Shown here: positions 44,554-54,346 of the stretch, one piece after another | Layout: every line of letters starts with the position of its first letter | Position numbering within the stretch: position 1 is the first letter of the stretch | NCBI GenBank assembly: GCA_018262835.1 | Contig: JADFDP010000001.1 | Span: forward strand, 32,081-96,080 | DNA length: 64,000 nt | Direction of reading: 5' to 3' | Source of the DNA: Candidatus Aminicenantes bacterium | GTDB taxonomy: Bacteria > Acidobacteriota > Aminicenantia > UBA2199 | The notes under the pieces: model-generated | What the model saw: only the letters and a program-made list of their open reading frames with translations | Told to the model about the DNA's origin: nothing | Database searches by the model: none | Position numbers and translations under genes: made by a program

Positions 44554-46725
44554 ATGAAAAACAAAAATATCAAGGGCGTGCGTTTGATCGTGGCAGCCAT
44601 CGTTCTGTTTTTTATCGTTTTCGTCATCATCCGCCTCTATTTTGAAGAAAGCAAGAACTTTTCCCCGTTGGCCCTGAAAAGCAACACCGTGATTTTCGGT
44701 CTTTGGATCATCATCATTCTCTTCGGCCTGACCTTTCTGTTCATTCTGGCCCGCAACATGCTGAAAATGTACCTTGAAAAAGACCAGGGCGGCGCCGGGC
44801 ACAGCTTCAAGAACAAGCTGGTCTTTTTTTTCATCGCTTTTTCCATTGTCCCGACCCTGTTGCTCTTTTTTTTCGCAACCGACGTCATCTCGCAGAGTAT
44901 CGAGCAGTGGTTCAAGACCCCCATTGAGAATATCATGCAGAACGTCGACGATGTCAAAAGCAATTATTACGGCAAGATCACCGAGGATCTCGAACATTTT
45001 TCGGGCCTGATCGCCGCCATGATCCAGCAAAAGAGGATGTACACTGATGAAAACAAGAGTTTCCTGCAGAACAAACTCAAAGAAAAAATGCTGGAATACA
45101 AACTGGACGTGGTCAATATCTACAAAAACAAGAACGAGGTGTTCGCCATTTTCAACCCGCGCATTCCCATGCAGGAATACAAGAACCTGCCCCTGAATAT
45201 TGTCTACCGCGGCCTGGGCGGCGCCGGGTTCACCACGGTCGACACGTTGAAGACCGGAGAGCTGATCCGCAACGGCGTCGCCTTTGACATCGAACAGGGG
45301 GACAAGATGCTGATCATCACCGGGAAATATTTTCCGGAAAGCTACACCCGCAGCCTGAACGCTTTGGCGGGCATGGTCAGCAAGCACAGCCAGATGCGCG
45401 TTCTGCGCGATCCGGTCAAAAACACGTATATCCTGCTCTTTTTGTTCATCACCATCCTGATCATCTTTTCCGCCTCCTGGCTGGGATTTTATCTCGCCAA
45501 AGGCATCACGGTGCCGATCGAGAAGCTGATAGCGGCCACGGCCGAGATCGCCAAGGGCAACCTGGACGTGCGCGTTGATTACACGGCCAAGGATGAATTC
45601 AACACCCTGATCAATGAATTCAACCGCATGGCCTTTGATCTGAAGGAAAACCGCGACAAGCTGAACCGGCGCACCATTGAGCTGCGCCACCGTCGCAGCA
45701 TTACGGAAACCATCTTGAAGAACATCACTTCCGGCGTCATGGCCCTGAATGTTCACGGCGAGATCATTGCCATCAATCCCGAGGCGGCCCGCATGCTGTC
45801 CCTGGAGGTGGAGGCCGTGGCGCGAAAGAATTTCGCCAATGTGATTTCGGAGACCATTTACCAGGACATCCATGCGCTGATCCGCAAGGCTTTTGAAACC
45901 CGCTTCAAGCTGATCGAAAAGGAAATCGATGTCAAATTGAAGGGCAAGTACATCAACCTGGCTGTCAAGGTCACCCAGCTGCGCAATCCGATCAACAATC
46001 GTTTTGCCGGCCTGCTGGTGGTGTTGACCGACCTGACCGAACTGATCAAGGCCCAGCGCATGCTCGTGTGGCGCGAAGTGGCCAAGCGCATCGCCCATGA
46101 GATCAAGAACCCCCTGACCCCGATCCAGATCTCCTCGCAAAGGATCTTGCGCTCGCTGGACCAGCCTCCGGACAAATTCCGCGCCATCGTTGAAGACAGT
46201 CTGAACATCATTTCCCAGGAGTTGGATTCGATCAAAAACCTGGCCGAGGAGTTCGCCAATTTCGCCCGCCTGCCCGAGATCAAATTCAGCCAGGGCGATA
46301 TCAATGAAATACTGGAAAAACTCCTGGCCGTATACACTTCCATTTACCAGAATGTCCAGTTCAAGGTCAAGCTCGATGTGGAGCTGCCGCCGTTGGTCAA
46401 ACTGGATGTCGAACAGATCAAGCGGGTGTTGGTCAATATCCTGGACAATGCCCTGGAGGTCATCGGCAAGGAAGGCGAGATCGAAATTTCCACCAGCTAC
46501 AACGGGGAAAGCAAGTTCATCACCATCGAGATCGCCGACAACGGGCCGGGCATCAGCGATGAAGACAAGCAGAAAGTGTTCCTGCCCTACTTTTCCAAAA
46601 AAAGTTCCGGCACCGGCCTGGGTCTGGCCATTGCCCACAACATCATCGAGGAACACAACGGCCTGATTTCGATCACCGACAACCAGCCGCGGGGGGCCAG
46701 GTTCATTATTGAACTGCCGGCTTGA
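44554..46725 (+). CDS. NtrY-like sensor histidine kinase (TMs-HAMP-PAS-HisKA-HATPase)
   Basis: Four N-terminal TM helices. HAMP (ITVPIEKLIAATAEIAKGNLD). PAS. H-box AHEIKNPLTPI. N/G boxes (DNGPGI, GTGLGLAI). No response regulator is adjacent. Confidence 0.8.
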   Translation: MKNKNIKGVRLIVAAIVLFFIVFVIIRLYFEESKNFSPLALKSNTVIFGLWIIIILFGLTFLFILARNMLKMYLEKDQGGAGHSFKNKLVFFFIAFSIVPTLLLFFFATDVISQSIEQWFKTPIENIMQNVDDVKSNYYGKITEDLEHFSGLIAAMIQQKRMYTDENKSFLQNKLKEKMLEYKLDVVNIYKNKNEVFAIFNPRIPMQEYKNLPLNIVYRGLGGAGFTTVDTLKTGELIRNGVAFDIEQGDKMLIITGKYFPESYTRSLNALAGMVSKHSQMRVLRDPVKNTYILLFLFITILIIFSASWLGFYLAKGITVPIEKLIAATAEIAKGNLDVRVDYTAKDEFNTLINEFNRMAFDLKENRDKLNRRTIELRHRRSITETILKNITSGVMALNVHGEIIAINPEAARMLSLEVEAVARKNFANVISETIYQDIHALIRKAFETRFKLIEKEIDVKLKGKYINLAVKVTQLRNPINNRFAGLLVVLTDLTELIKAQRMLVWREVAKRIAHEIKNPLTPIQISSQRILRSLDQPPDKFRAIVEDSLNIISQELDSIKNLAEEFANFARLPEIKFSQGDINEILEKLLAVYTSIYQNVQFKVKLDVELPPLVKLDVEQIKRVLVNILDNALEVIGKEGEIEISTSYNGESKFITIEIADNGPGISDEDKQKVFLPYFSKKSSGTGLGLAIAHNIIEEHNGLISITDNQPRGARFIIELPA

Positions 46726-46796
46726 AATGTGCTGGTTCCCATGTTCTCTTCACCGTGACTTGGCATCATGTGACCCCAAAAAAGGAGAGATTGCCC

Positions 46797-48443
46797 ATGG
46801 CCGATAATATGCTGCCGATCAAAGAGGTGGCCGCCCGGTTCGGCATCGCCGAGGAGGAACTTTATTATTACGGCCCGTATAAGGCCAAGCTTGAGCCGTC
46901 GCTGGCCCTGCGCCTGGCCAAGTGCGACCGCTGCGGTCGGCAGGTGCTGGTGACCGCCACCACGCCCACTCCCGCCGGCGAAGGCAAGACGACCACCGCC
47001 ATCGGCTTGTCCATGGCTCTGAACCGCATCGGCGTCAAATCCATCGTTACCTTGCGCGAGCCCTCCCTCGGACCGGTCTTCGGCATGAAAGGCGGAGCCA
47101 CGGGCGGGGGCGCCTCACAGGTTTTGCCCCAGGACGAGATCGACTTGCATTTTACCGGAGACATTCACGCCGTCACCACCGCCAACAACCTGCTGGCGGC
47201 CATGATCGACAACCACATTCAGCAGGGCAACCGCCTGGCCATTGACACGCGGCGCATCGCCTGGCGCCGGGTCATCGACATGAACGATCGCGCCCTGCGC
47301 GAGATCGTCATCGGTTTGGGGGGGCGACAGAACGGTTTTGCCCGCGAAGACGCCTTCAATATCTCCGTGGCCTCAGAGGTCATGGCCGTGCTATGCTTGG
47401 CGGAGGACTTCCAGGACCTGAAGGACCGCTTGGCGAGGATGGTCATCGGATACACCTCCAAAAGCCATCCCATCACGGCCGCCGACCTGAAGGCCGTGGG
47501 CTCCATGGCCCTGCTGCTGAAGGATGCCATTAAGCCCAACCTGGTGCAGACCTCCGAAGGCACTCCGGCCATCATCCACGGCGGTCCTTTTGCCAACATT
47601 GCCCACGGCACCAATTCCATCCAGGCCATGCGCCTGGCCCAGGCCCTTTCCCATGTCACCGTTACCGAAGCCGGTTTCGCCTCGGAACTGGGCGGCGAAA
47701 AATTCCTGGATTTCGTCAGCCGTACGGGAAAATTCAATGTGGACGCGGTGGTGCTGGTCACCACCTTGCGGGCGCTGAAGTACCATGGCGGAGCCGGCAA
47801 AGACAGTCTCGCCGAAAAGAACCTGGAGGCCCTGGTCAAGGGATTCGACAACCTGGACAAGCATATCGAGAACATGCAGGCCTTCGGCGTGCCCCTGGTG
47901 GTGGCCGTTAATTATTTCCCCGACAACGACGCCGAGGAATTGGCCCTCACCGTGAAGCATGTTTCTTCCCGCAAAGTCAAAGCGTTCATCAGCGATCCTT
48001 TCAACAGGGGGAGCGAAGGCTGCCTGGACCTGGCCAGGGAAGTCGAAACGGCGACCCGTTCCGGAGCCAAGGTCCAGCCCATTTATGAGCCGGGGTGGAC
48101 CATCCCCCGCAAGATCGAAACTATTTCCACCCTCATGTACGGCGCCGCCCGCATCAACTACACCCGCCAGGCCCGCAAGGACATCGAATTGCTGAACGAA
48201 CTGGGCTATGACCAGTTGCACGTGATCATCGCCAAAACCCCCAATTCGCTTTCGGATGATCCCAAGGCCCTGGGCCGGCCGCAAAATTTCGACGTGGATG
48301 TGGACCGGGTTTTCCTTTCGGCCGGAGCCGGTTTTGTGGTGGCGGTCTGCGGCGAGATCATGCTCATGCCGGGCCTGCCCAAGAACCCCGCAGCCGAAAC
48401 GATTGATATTGACGCCAACGGCATCATCAGCGGCTTGTTCTGA
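46797..48443 (+). CDS. fhs: formate--tetrahydrofolate ligase
   Basis: TPTPAGEGKTTTAIGL P-loop and full-length similarity to FTHFS. ATG 46797 follows AAGGAGA. Confidence 0.9.
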   Translation: MADNMLPIKEVAARFGIAEEELYYYGPYKAKLEPSLALRLAKCDRCGRQVLVTATTPTPAGEGKTTTAIGLSMALNRIGVKSIVTLREPSLGPVFGMKGGATGGGASQVLPQDEIDLHFTGDIHAVTTANNLLAAMIDNHIQQGNRLAIDTRRIAWRRVIDMNDRALREIVIGLGGRQNGFAREDAFNISVASEVMAVLCLAEDFQDLKDRLARMVIGYTSKSHPITAADLKAVGSMALLLKDAIKPNLVQTSEGTPAIIHGGPFANIAHGTNSIQAMRLAQALSHVTVTEAGFASELGGEKFLDFVSRTGKFNVDAVVLVTTLRALKYHGGAGKDSLAEKNLEALVKGFDNLDKHIENMQAFGVPLVVAVNYFPDNDAEELALTVKHVSSRKVKAFISDPFNRGSEGCLDLAREVETATRSGAKVQPIYEPGWTIPRKIETISTLMYGAARINYTRQARKDIELLNELGYDQLHVIIAKTPNSLSDDPKALGRPQNFDVDVDRVFLSAGAGFVVAVCGEIMLMPGLPKNPAAETIDIDANGIISGLF

Positions 48444-48497
48444 TCTTTTTGCTCTTTACCAAAAATCAGAATCGGCAACGAAATTTCGGAAAGGTTT

Positions 48498-49733
48498 TTA
48501 TTCCGCGGCCCAGATCTTCATCAGGTTGACCAGGACTTCCGATGCCTTGCGCATGTCCTCCAGGGCGATCCACTCCTGTTTGGAATGAAAATTATGGCCG
48601 CCGGTGAACAGGTTGGGCGTGGGCAGGCCCATGAAGCAGAGCCTGGCCCCGTCGGTGCCGCCGCGGATGCTGGCGCGTTCGGCTTTCAGCCCGGCCATGG
48701 CCACGGCCTGCTCGGCTTTAGCCAGCACGTCGGGGTATTTGTCCAGGATCACCTTCATGTTGCGGTAGGATTCGCTGACCTTGATCTCGCTTTTGGCCCC
48801 GGGAAACTGGGCGATCGCCTTGGCGGTGATTTTTTGGATCAGCTTCTCGGATTTTTTCAGTCCCTTCACGGTGAAATCACGGATAAGGAACTTGATCGTC
48901 GCCGTTTCCACGTTGCCGCTGATCTGGTGCGGATGCACATAGCCTTCCCGCTTCTCGGTCGTCTCGGGTGCAAGAGTATTTTTAGGGAGTTTTTCAATGA
49001 TGCGGGCGGCGATCTTGAGGGCGTTCACCATTTTGCCCTTGGCCATGCCCGGGTGCACGTTGATTCCGGAAATAATGATCTCCAGCGAGTCGGCGCAGAA
49101 GGTTTCGTCCTCGATCTCGCCCAGATGCTCGCCGTCGACCGTGTACCCGAATTGGGCCCCGATCTCGAAGGCGGTGATATGCTCCACGCCCCGGCCCGTT
49201 TCCTCGTCGGGAGTGAAGACGACCTTGATGTTCGGCCGGGGGGTTTCCGGGTGCTCGGCCAAATACGTCAGGGCGTCCATGATCTCGGCAATGCCGGCCT
49301 TGTCGTCCGCGCCCAGCAGCGTGTTCCCCGAAGCGGTAATAATGGTTTTGCCGGTCATTTGCCTTAAAAGCGGATTTTCCTCCGTTTTCAGGACCAGGTT
49401 GTCGCTCGCGGACAGCACCAGGTCCTGTCCCTGGTAGTTTGCATGCAGTTTCGGCTCCACTCCGGTCCCGGAAACGTCAGGCGACGTGTCCAAGTGGGCG
49501 ATCAGGGCGATGGCCGGAACTTTGTGCTTTTGATTGGTCGGCCAGGTGGCCAGAACATAGCCCCAGGGAGTGATCTGGACATCCTGCAGGCCGAGCGCTT
49601 CCAGCTCCGGTTTGAGCCTGGCGGCCAGGTCCTTCTGCTTGGCTGTCGAGGGAAAGGTTTCGCTTGCGTCACTGGATTGGGTATCGATTTTGACATAACT
49701 TAGAAAGCGCTCCAATATGTCAGGATATTTCAT
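48498..49733 (-). CDS. pepT: peptidase T (M20B tripeptidase)
   Basis: ILERFLSYVKIDTQS...PSTAKQ...AHLDTSPD...GADDKAGIA motifs. ATG 49733 follows GGAGG. Confidence 0.85.
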   Translation of the reverse strand: MKYPDILERFLSYVKIDTQSSDASETFPSTAKQKDLAARLKPELEALGLQDVQITPWGYVLATWPTNQKHKVPAIALIAHLDTSPDVSGTGVEPKLHANYQGQDLVLSASDNLVLKTEENPLLRQMTGKTIITASGNTLLGADDKAGIAEIMDALTYLAEHPETPRPNIKVVFTPDEETGRGVEHITAFEIGAQFGYTVDGEHLGEIEDETFCADSLEIIISGINVHPGMAKGKMVNALKIAARIIEKLPKNTLAPETTEKREGYVHPHQISGNVETATIKFLIRDFTVKGLKKSEKLIQKITAKAIAQFPGAKSEIKVSESYRNMKVILDKYPDVLAKAEQAVAMAGLKAERASIRGGTDGARLCFMGLPTPNLFTGGHNFHSKQEWIALEDMRKASEVLVNLMKIWAAE

Positions 49734-49827
49734 GGTGACCTCCACTGGCATTATAATCCATCGCAAGGGAAAATAAAACGCCAAGCGTTTATTTCGGTCA
49801 AAATTGACTTCCCCGGGGCGTCCATCC

Positions 49828-49856
49828 TTGACAACAGGCGTTTTATTTACTATAGT
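49828..49856 (+). promoter_or_regulatory. sigma-70-type promoter of rpmH operon (TTGACA-N17-TATAGT)
   Basis: TTGACA at 49828-49833, a 17-nt spacer, then TATAGT at 49851-49856. 35 nt upstream of the rpmH GTG. Confidence 0.6.
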
Positions 49857-49890
49857 ATAGCTTAACTTCAAATTAGAAAGAGGTGGATTG

Positions 49891-50025
49891 GTGAAAAGAA
49901 CATATCAACCCAACAACTTAAAAAGAAAAAAGACCCATGGCTTCAGGGCTCGCATGGAGAACAAGGGTGGCCGGGAAGTCCTTAACAGCAGAAGAAGAAA
50001 GGGAAGAAAGAAGCTGACCGTTTGA
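49891..50025 (+). CDS. rpmH: 50S ribosomal protein L34
   Basis: GTG start follows AGAGGTGG. Translation [44 protein letters not shown]. Below the ORF-track size cutoff. Confidence 0.9.
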   Translation: MKRTYQPNNLKRKKTHGFRARMENKGGREVLNSRRRKGRKKLTV

Positions 50026-50028
50026 TCC

Positions 50029-50371
50029 ATGACCTTCGCGTTCAGAGAATTCCAGCGGATCAAGAAAGAAGGCGAATTCGTCCATTTGCTTAGACATGCC
50101 AAAAAAGTAAAAAATGATTTTTTTTTTGTACTTTTTGAAAAACAGCCGTCCGACCAGCAGGTTTGCCGTTTCGGTTAACCGCAAGATCGGCAATTCGGTC
50201 CAACGCAATTTTATCAAGAGAAAAATGAAAGAATGGTTCAGGATGAACAGCCATTTGCTTGCCGATCCTCACGACCTGTGGGTCTCCATGAAAAGCAGAT
50301 TCGACCGCTGCCAGGCAGCCCAGGTGGAACGCCTGTTCATCGAGGCCCTGGTCAAGATCAACTACCGTTAA
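50029..50371 (+). CDS. rnpA: ribonuclease P protein component, reading frame broken by one extra T in a T10 run
   Basis: N-terminal part [32 protein letters not shown] runs from ATG 50029 in one frame. The conserved core ...[28 protein letters not shown] lies in the +1 frame (track ORF 50114-50371). The frames meet at T10 (50118-50127). A T9 run would give one continuous ORF of about 113 aa. Confidence 0.7.
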
Positions 50372-50372
50372 A

Positions 50373-50621
50373 ATGAAAAAAGCGCTGCTTCTGCTGATCC
50401 AAACGTACAAAATAACGCTTTCGCCAATGCTCGGCCGGCATTGTCGCTTTTTGCCCACCTGTTCCGCCTACACCCATGAGGCGGTGGAAAAACACGGCGC
50501 TCTCAAGGGCGCGGTCCTTGGTCTCAAGAGAATTCTCAAATGTCATCCTTTTCATGCCGGAGGGCATGACCCGGTTCCCGAAATATTCGAGGTGAAATCA
50601 AGATGGATACAAAAAAACTAA
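50373..50621 (+). CDS. yidD: membrane protein insertion efficiency factor YidD
   Basis: [35 protein letters not shown]...[13 protein letters not shown]. Confidence 0.9.
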   Translation: MKKALLLLIQTYKITLSPMLGRHCRFLPTCSAYTHEAVEKHGALKGAVLGLKRILKCHPFHAGGHDPVPEIFEVKSRWIQKN

Positions 50622-52378
50622 TCCTGGCCATTGTCCTTTCCGTGACGGTTTTGCTGGTCTACCAGTATTTTTTCATGCCCAAACCGGCGGTCCAGGGTCA
50701 GGCGCCCCTGAATGCCGGAGCGGCGCAGCCGGGAAAATCCGAACCGGCAGCTGAGACCAAAACGACGGCGGCTCCCGACATCGGCGCAATCATGGGAGCA
50801 GACGAACCTGCGGCCGATCAGAAAAGCGAAGCGATCCTCCCGGCCGTGCAGCAGGACAGGATGTCCGCCGCTGAACAGACCGTCACCGTGGACAACGCTT
50901 TGTTCACCGCCGTGTTCACCAACCGCGGCGCCGGCCTGACGTCGTTCGTGCTGAAAAAGTACAAGGATGACGCCAAAAAGCCCATGGACCTGGTGTCGCG
51001 CAGCGCCAAGGAATCGAGCTTTTACCCCTTCTACTTTTTTTCTGAAAAGGACGATTTTTCTAAGATCCTCAACCAGGCCCTTTTTCAGTACCAGGGCGAG
51101 ACCACGGTGCGCCTGAACGGCCGCGGGCAAAAAGAAATTGTTTTTGAATTCGCCGACCTGGCCCAGAACCTGCAGGCCACCAAAAAATTCATTTTCAGCG
51201 CCGACAGCTACCTGATCCGCCTCGATTTCCAGGTCAGCCGGAACGGGCAGGTCATCGACGCCCTGCCCGTGGTTTTCGGACCCGACCTGGAGAACAACGA
51301 CAGCGGCGACCGTTCCATGATGATGAACCTGAAGATCGCCGCCTATGCCAATGAAAAACTGGAAACCGTCGAATTCGCCAAGCAAAAGACCGTGCCCCAG
51401 GCCGGAAAATCCTTTGAAAAGGCCGCCGGTGAAAAAGGTTCCGGTTTTTTCTGGGCGGCCTATGAGACGACCTATTTCGCCGCCGTATTCAAAACCGACC
51501 CGCTCCGATCCCGGCTTTCCTACCAGGTGATCAAACAGCCGCTGGCCAAGAACCAGGCCAAGCTTTTTTCCTACATGATCGTCACCAACCCGACCGCGCT
51601 TTTCATCGGCCCCAAGGATGAAAAGGTCCTGGCCTCCGTGGAGAAGGAATTCCCCGATCTGAACCGGATCATCGATTACGGCTGGTTCGGTGCCATCGCC
51701 AAGATCATGCTCAAAGGGATCGTTCTCATCCATGGCTTCCTCCCCAACTACGGCTGGGCCCTGATCCTTTTCACCCTGTTCCTGAAGCTGATCCTTTTTC
51801 CCCTGACCTATTCTTCCAGCGTCTCCATGGCCAAGATGCAGAGCCTGCAGCCCAAGATGAAGGCCATCAAGAAAAAGTACAAGAATACCAAGGACATGGA
51901 GCAGCGCAAGCTGATGAACATGGAGATCATGGCCCTCTACAAGCAGGAAAAGGTCAACCCGGCCGGCGGCTGCCTGCCGATCCTGCTGCAGCTGCCGATC
52001 CTTTTCGGATTTTTCCGCCTGCTCTCGGTTTCCATCAATGTCCGCCATGAGCCCTGGATCCTCTGGATCACCGACCTTTCGAAAAAAGACCCGTATTATG
52101 TCCTGCCCATCCTGATGGGCGTAACCCAGTTCATCCAGCAGCGCATGACCCCCTCGGGCGGCGATGAAACCCAGAAAAAACTGATGTACATCATGCCGGT
52201 GGTCATGACCGTCATGTTCGCCTCCTTCCCCAGTGGCTTGAACCTGTACTGGTGCTTCTCCAACGTGCTGCAGATCGGCCAGCAGCACCTCATCAACGAG
52301 AAGATCCACAAAAAGAAGAAGGAAGAGGAAAAGGAGATCAAGGTCCTGAAAAGAAAAAAAGGAGCCAAAGAGAAATGA
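50603..52378 (+). CDS. yidC: membrane protein insertase YidC
   Basis: N-terminal TM, a large periplasmic domain, and a conserved C-terminal 5-TM core ([19 protein letters not shown]...MQSLQPKM...[17 protein letters not shown]). Basic tail. Confidence 0.9.
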   Translation: MDTKKLILAIVLSVTVLLVYQYFFMPKPAVQGQAPLNAGAAQPGKSEPAAETKTTAAPDIGAIMGADEPAADQKSEAILPAVQQDRMSAAEQTVTVDNALFTAVFTNRGAGLTSFVLKKYKDDAKKPMDLVSRSAKESSFYPFYFFSEKDDFSKILNQALFQYQGETTVRLNGRGQKEIVFEFADLAQNLQATKKFIFSADSYLIRLDFQVSRNGQVIDALPVVFGPDLENNDSGDRSMMMNLKIAAYANEKLETVEFAKQKTVPQAGKSFEKAAGEKGSGFFWAAYETTYFAAVFKTDPLRSRLSYQVIKQPLAKNQAKLFSYMIVTNPTALFIGPKDEKVLASVEKEFPDLNRIIDYGWFGAIAKIMLKGIVLIHGFLPNYGWALILFTLFLKLILFPLTYSSSVSMAKMQSLQPKMKAIKKKYKNTKDMEQRKLMNMEIMALYKQEKVNPAGGCLPILLQLPILFGFFRLLSVSINVRHEPWILWITDLSKKDPYYVLPILMGVTQFIQQRMTPSGGDETQKKLMYIMPVVMTVMFASFPSGLNLYWCFSNVLQIGQQHLINEKIHKKKKEEEKEIKVLKRKKGAKEK

Positions 52379-52995
52379 CCGACAAAAAGGAATTCGTCGC
52401 AAATTCTCTGAAAGAAGCCATCCAGAAAGCAGCCGAAGATTTCGGCATCGAAGAGGAAAAGTTAAAATACCGCATCATCACCGAAAAAACGAAATATTTC
52501 GGGCACAAGCAGAGGGAGATCTTCATCGAGGCCTGGCGCTCCGACGGCAGCGAGCAGCAGGGGCTGGAGGATTTCATCAAATTGCTGATCGAAGAAATGA
52601 AAATGGACCTGCGTTTCGAGCTGGAAAGCAAAAGCGAATTCCTGCGGGTCACATTTTCCGGCGAAGACTACAAGCTGATGCTGTTTCAGAACGGCAACCT
52701 GCTCAACGCCGTCCAATACCTGCTGAATCGGCTCTTTGCCGACGAGATCGGCAAGAAGATCTATTGCGAATGTGAGAATTACCGCAAGAAAAAGGAAGTG
52801 GAGCTGAGCACCCAGGCCCACCGGTACGCCCGCCAGGTCCGGCGCAGCGGCAAGTCCATCGAACTGCCCGAGCTCAACCCTTTTGAACGGCGCATCATCC
52901 ACATGACCATCAACAAATACATGGACCTGGAGTCGAAAAGCGACGGCGACAATTTTTTAAAGGTCATCACCATCCGCAAAAAGCCGAATGGATGA
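52375..52995 (+). CDS. jag: Jag/KhpB RNA-binding protein (Jag_N-KH-R3H)
   Basis: ATGA overlap with the yidC stop. R3H motif LNPFERRIIHMTI. Conserved position after yidC. Confidence 0.8.
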   Translation: MTDKKEFVANSLKEAIQKAAEDFGIEEEKLKYRIITEKTKYFGHKQREIFIEAWRSDGSEQQGLEDFIKLLIEEMKMDLRFELESKSEFLRVTFSGEDYKLMLFQNGNLLNAVQYLLNRLFADEIGKKIYCECENYRKKKEVELSTQAHRYARQVRRSGKSIELPELNPFERRIIHMTINKYMDLESKSDGDNFLKVITIRKKPNG

Positions 52996-54346
52996 GGATG
53001 CGATCGTAGCCCTGGCCACGCCGCCGGGGCAGGCCGGCATTGCCGTTGTCAGGATCTCCGGGAGCCAGAGCGAAGCCATCGTCAGGAAGATCGTCCGGCC
53101 GCTGCCGGCCAGAGTGCAAGCCCGCCACAGCTACCACGGTTTCATCCGCGACCGGGCCCGGCGCATTGATGAATGCCTGGCCGTCGTTTTCAAGGCTCCG
53201 CGCTCCTACAGCGGCGAGGATATGGCGGAAATTTCGATGCATTCCAACCTGTTTGTCGTTGAGGAGGTCATCCGGCTGATCTGCGCCTGCGGCGCCAGGC
53301 TGGCCCTGCCCGGGGAATTTACCTATCGCGCTTTCAGGAACGGCAAACTGGACCTGCTGCAGGCCGAGGCGGTCAACGACCTGATCCGGGCCAATTCCCG
53401 GGCCGGCGCTCTCATGCAATTCAACAACCTGGAAGGCCGACTCTCCAAAGCCGTGGCCCAACTCCGTGCCGTCCTGCTGCAGGAGGCGGTGCGCATCGAG
53501 ACCCGCATCGAATTCGCCGAGGACCAGCATCTGGAAGAAACCGCGGCCGGAGGCGATCTGGCCGCCGCGGCCGCCGTCCTGGAAAAGATCCTGGCGCAAA
53601 GCCGCTTCACCGAAATCCTGAACCGGGGCCTGCATGTGGTCATCGCCGGCCGGGTCAATGTGGGCAAATCCTCTTTGTTCAACGCCCTGCTGCTGAAAGA
53701 GCGGTCGATCATCTCCGCCCTTCCCGGCACCACCCGCGATTACATCCAGGAAAGCCTGGTTCTGAACGGCTTCCCCTTCCATATCACCGACATGGCCGGC
53801 ATCCGCGCCGCTTCGGGAGACGACATCGAAAATCAGGGCATGCAGCGCAGCCTGGCCAAGATCGCCCAGGCCGACGCCGTGATATTCATGGTGGACGCTT
53901 CGCAGCCGTTGGCAGAAACCGACAGGGAGATCTATGCATTGCTGGCTGCCAAAAAGCGGCTCCTGCTGGCCAACAAGAGCGACCAGGCGCGGGCCGGGAT
54001 CGTGCGGAACATCCGGGCCGCCTTTCCCGGGGAAACCGTGCACCTGGTATCGGCCCGAAACGGGAAAAACCTGGACACGGCGGTGAATTTCATGAAGGGC
54101 GTGTCGCGGCAGATGCCGGACCCCTCGGGGCAGACCATGGTGAATTTCAGGCAGAAGAACCTGCTGGAAAAGCTTTTGAATCAAATGAATCGGATCGGGG
54201 AAATGCAGGCCCTTGGCCTGGAAGCGCCCGAATTGATCGCCGAGGAGATCCGCCGGGGACTCGACCTGATCGGCGAGTTGACCGGAACGATCGGCCCCCG
54301 GGACATTCTCCAGGGCGTGTTCGCCGCCTTCTGCATCGGCAAATGA
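52988..54346 (+). CDS. mnmE: tRNA uridine-5-carboxymethylaminomethyl modification GTPase MnmE
   Basis: DAIVALATPPGQAGIAVVRISG N-terminus. G1 GRVNVGKSSL. C-terminal FCIGK. Confidence 0.9.
   Translation: MDEDAIVALATPPGQAGIAVVRISGSQSEAIVRKIVRPLPARVQARHSYHGFIRDRARRIDECLAVVFKAPRSYSGEDMAEISMHSNLFVVEEVIRLICACGARLALPGEFTYRAFRNGKLDLLQAEAVNDLIRANSRAGALMQFNNLEGRLSKAVAQLRAVLLQEAVRIETRIEFAEDQHLEETAAGGDLAAAAAVLEKILAQSRFTEILNRGLHVVIAGRVNVGKSSLFNALLLKERSIISALPGTTRDYIQESLVLNGFPFHITDMAGIRAASGDDIENQGMQRSLAKIAQADAVIFMVDASQPLAETDREIYALLAAKKRLLLANKSDQARAGIVRNIRAAFPGETVHLVSARNGKNLDTAVNFMKGVSRQMPDPSGQTMVNFRQKNLLEKLLNQMNRIGEMQALGLEAPELIAEEIRRGLDLIGELTGTIGPRDILQGVFAAFCIGK

Noticed and set aside
44386-46656. 756-aa ORF antisense to the NtrY-like kinase
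   Set aside because: A shadow ORF covering the whole kinase gene and running across the tRNA-Arg region. It has a low-complexity D/G/L/Q/V composition.
49734-49890. Possible oriC next to the rpmH-rnpA-yidC-mnmE-mnmG cluster
   Set aside because: No dnaA gene flanks rpmH here; pepT does. I could find no TTATCCACA-type DnaA boxes or AT-rich 13-mer arrays in the intergenic region, only a promoter.
50618-52402. 594-aa ORF antisense to yidC
   Set aside because: yidC on the plus strand is unambiguous. The antisense frame has no recognisable domains.
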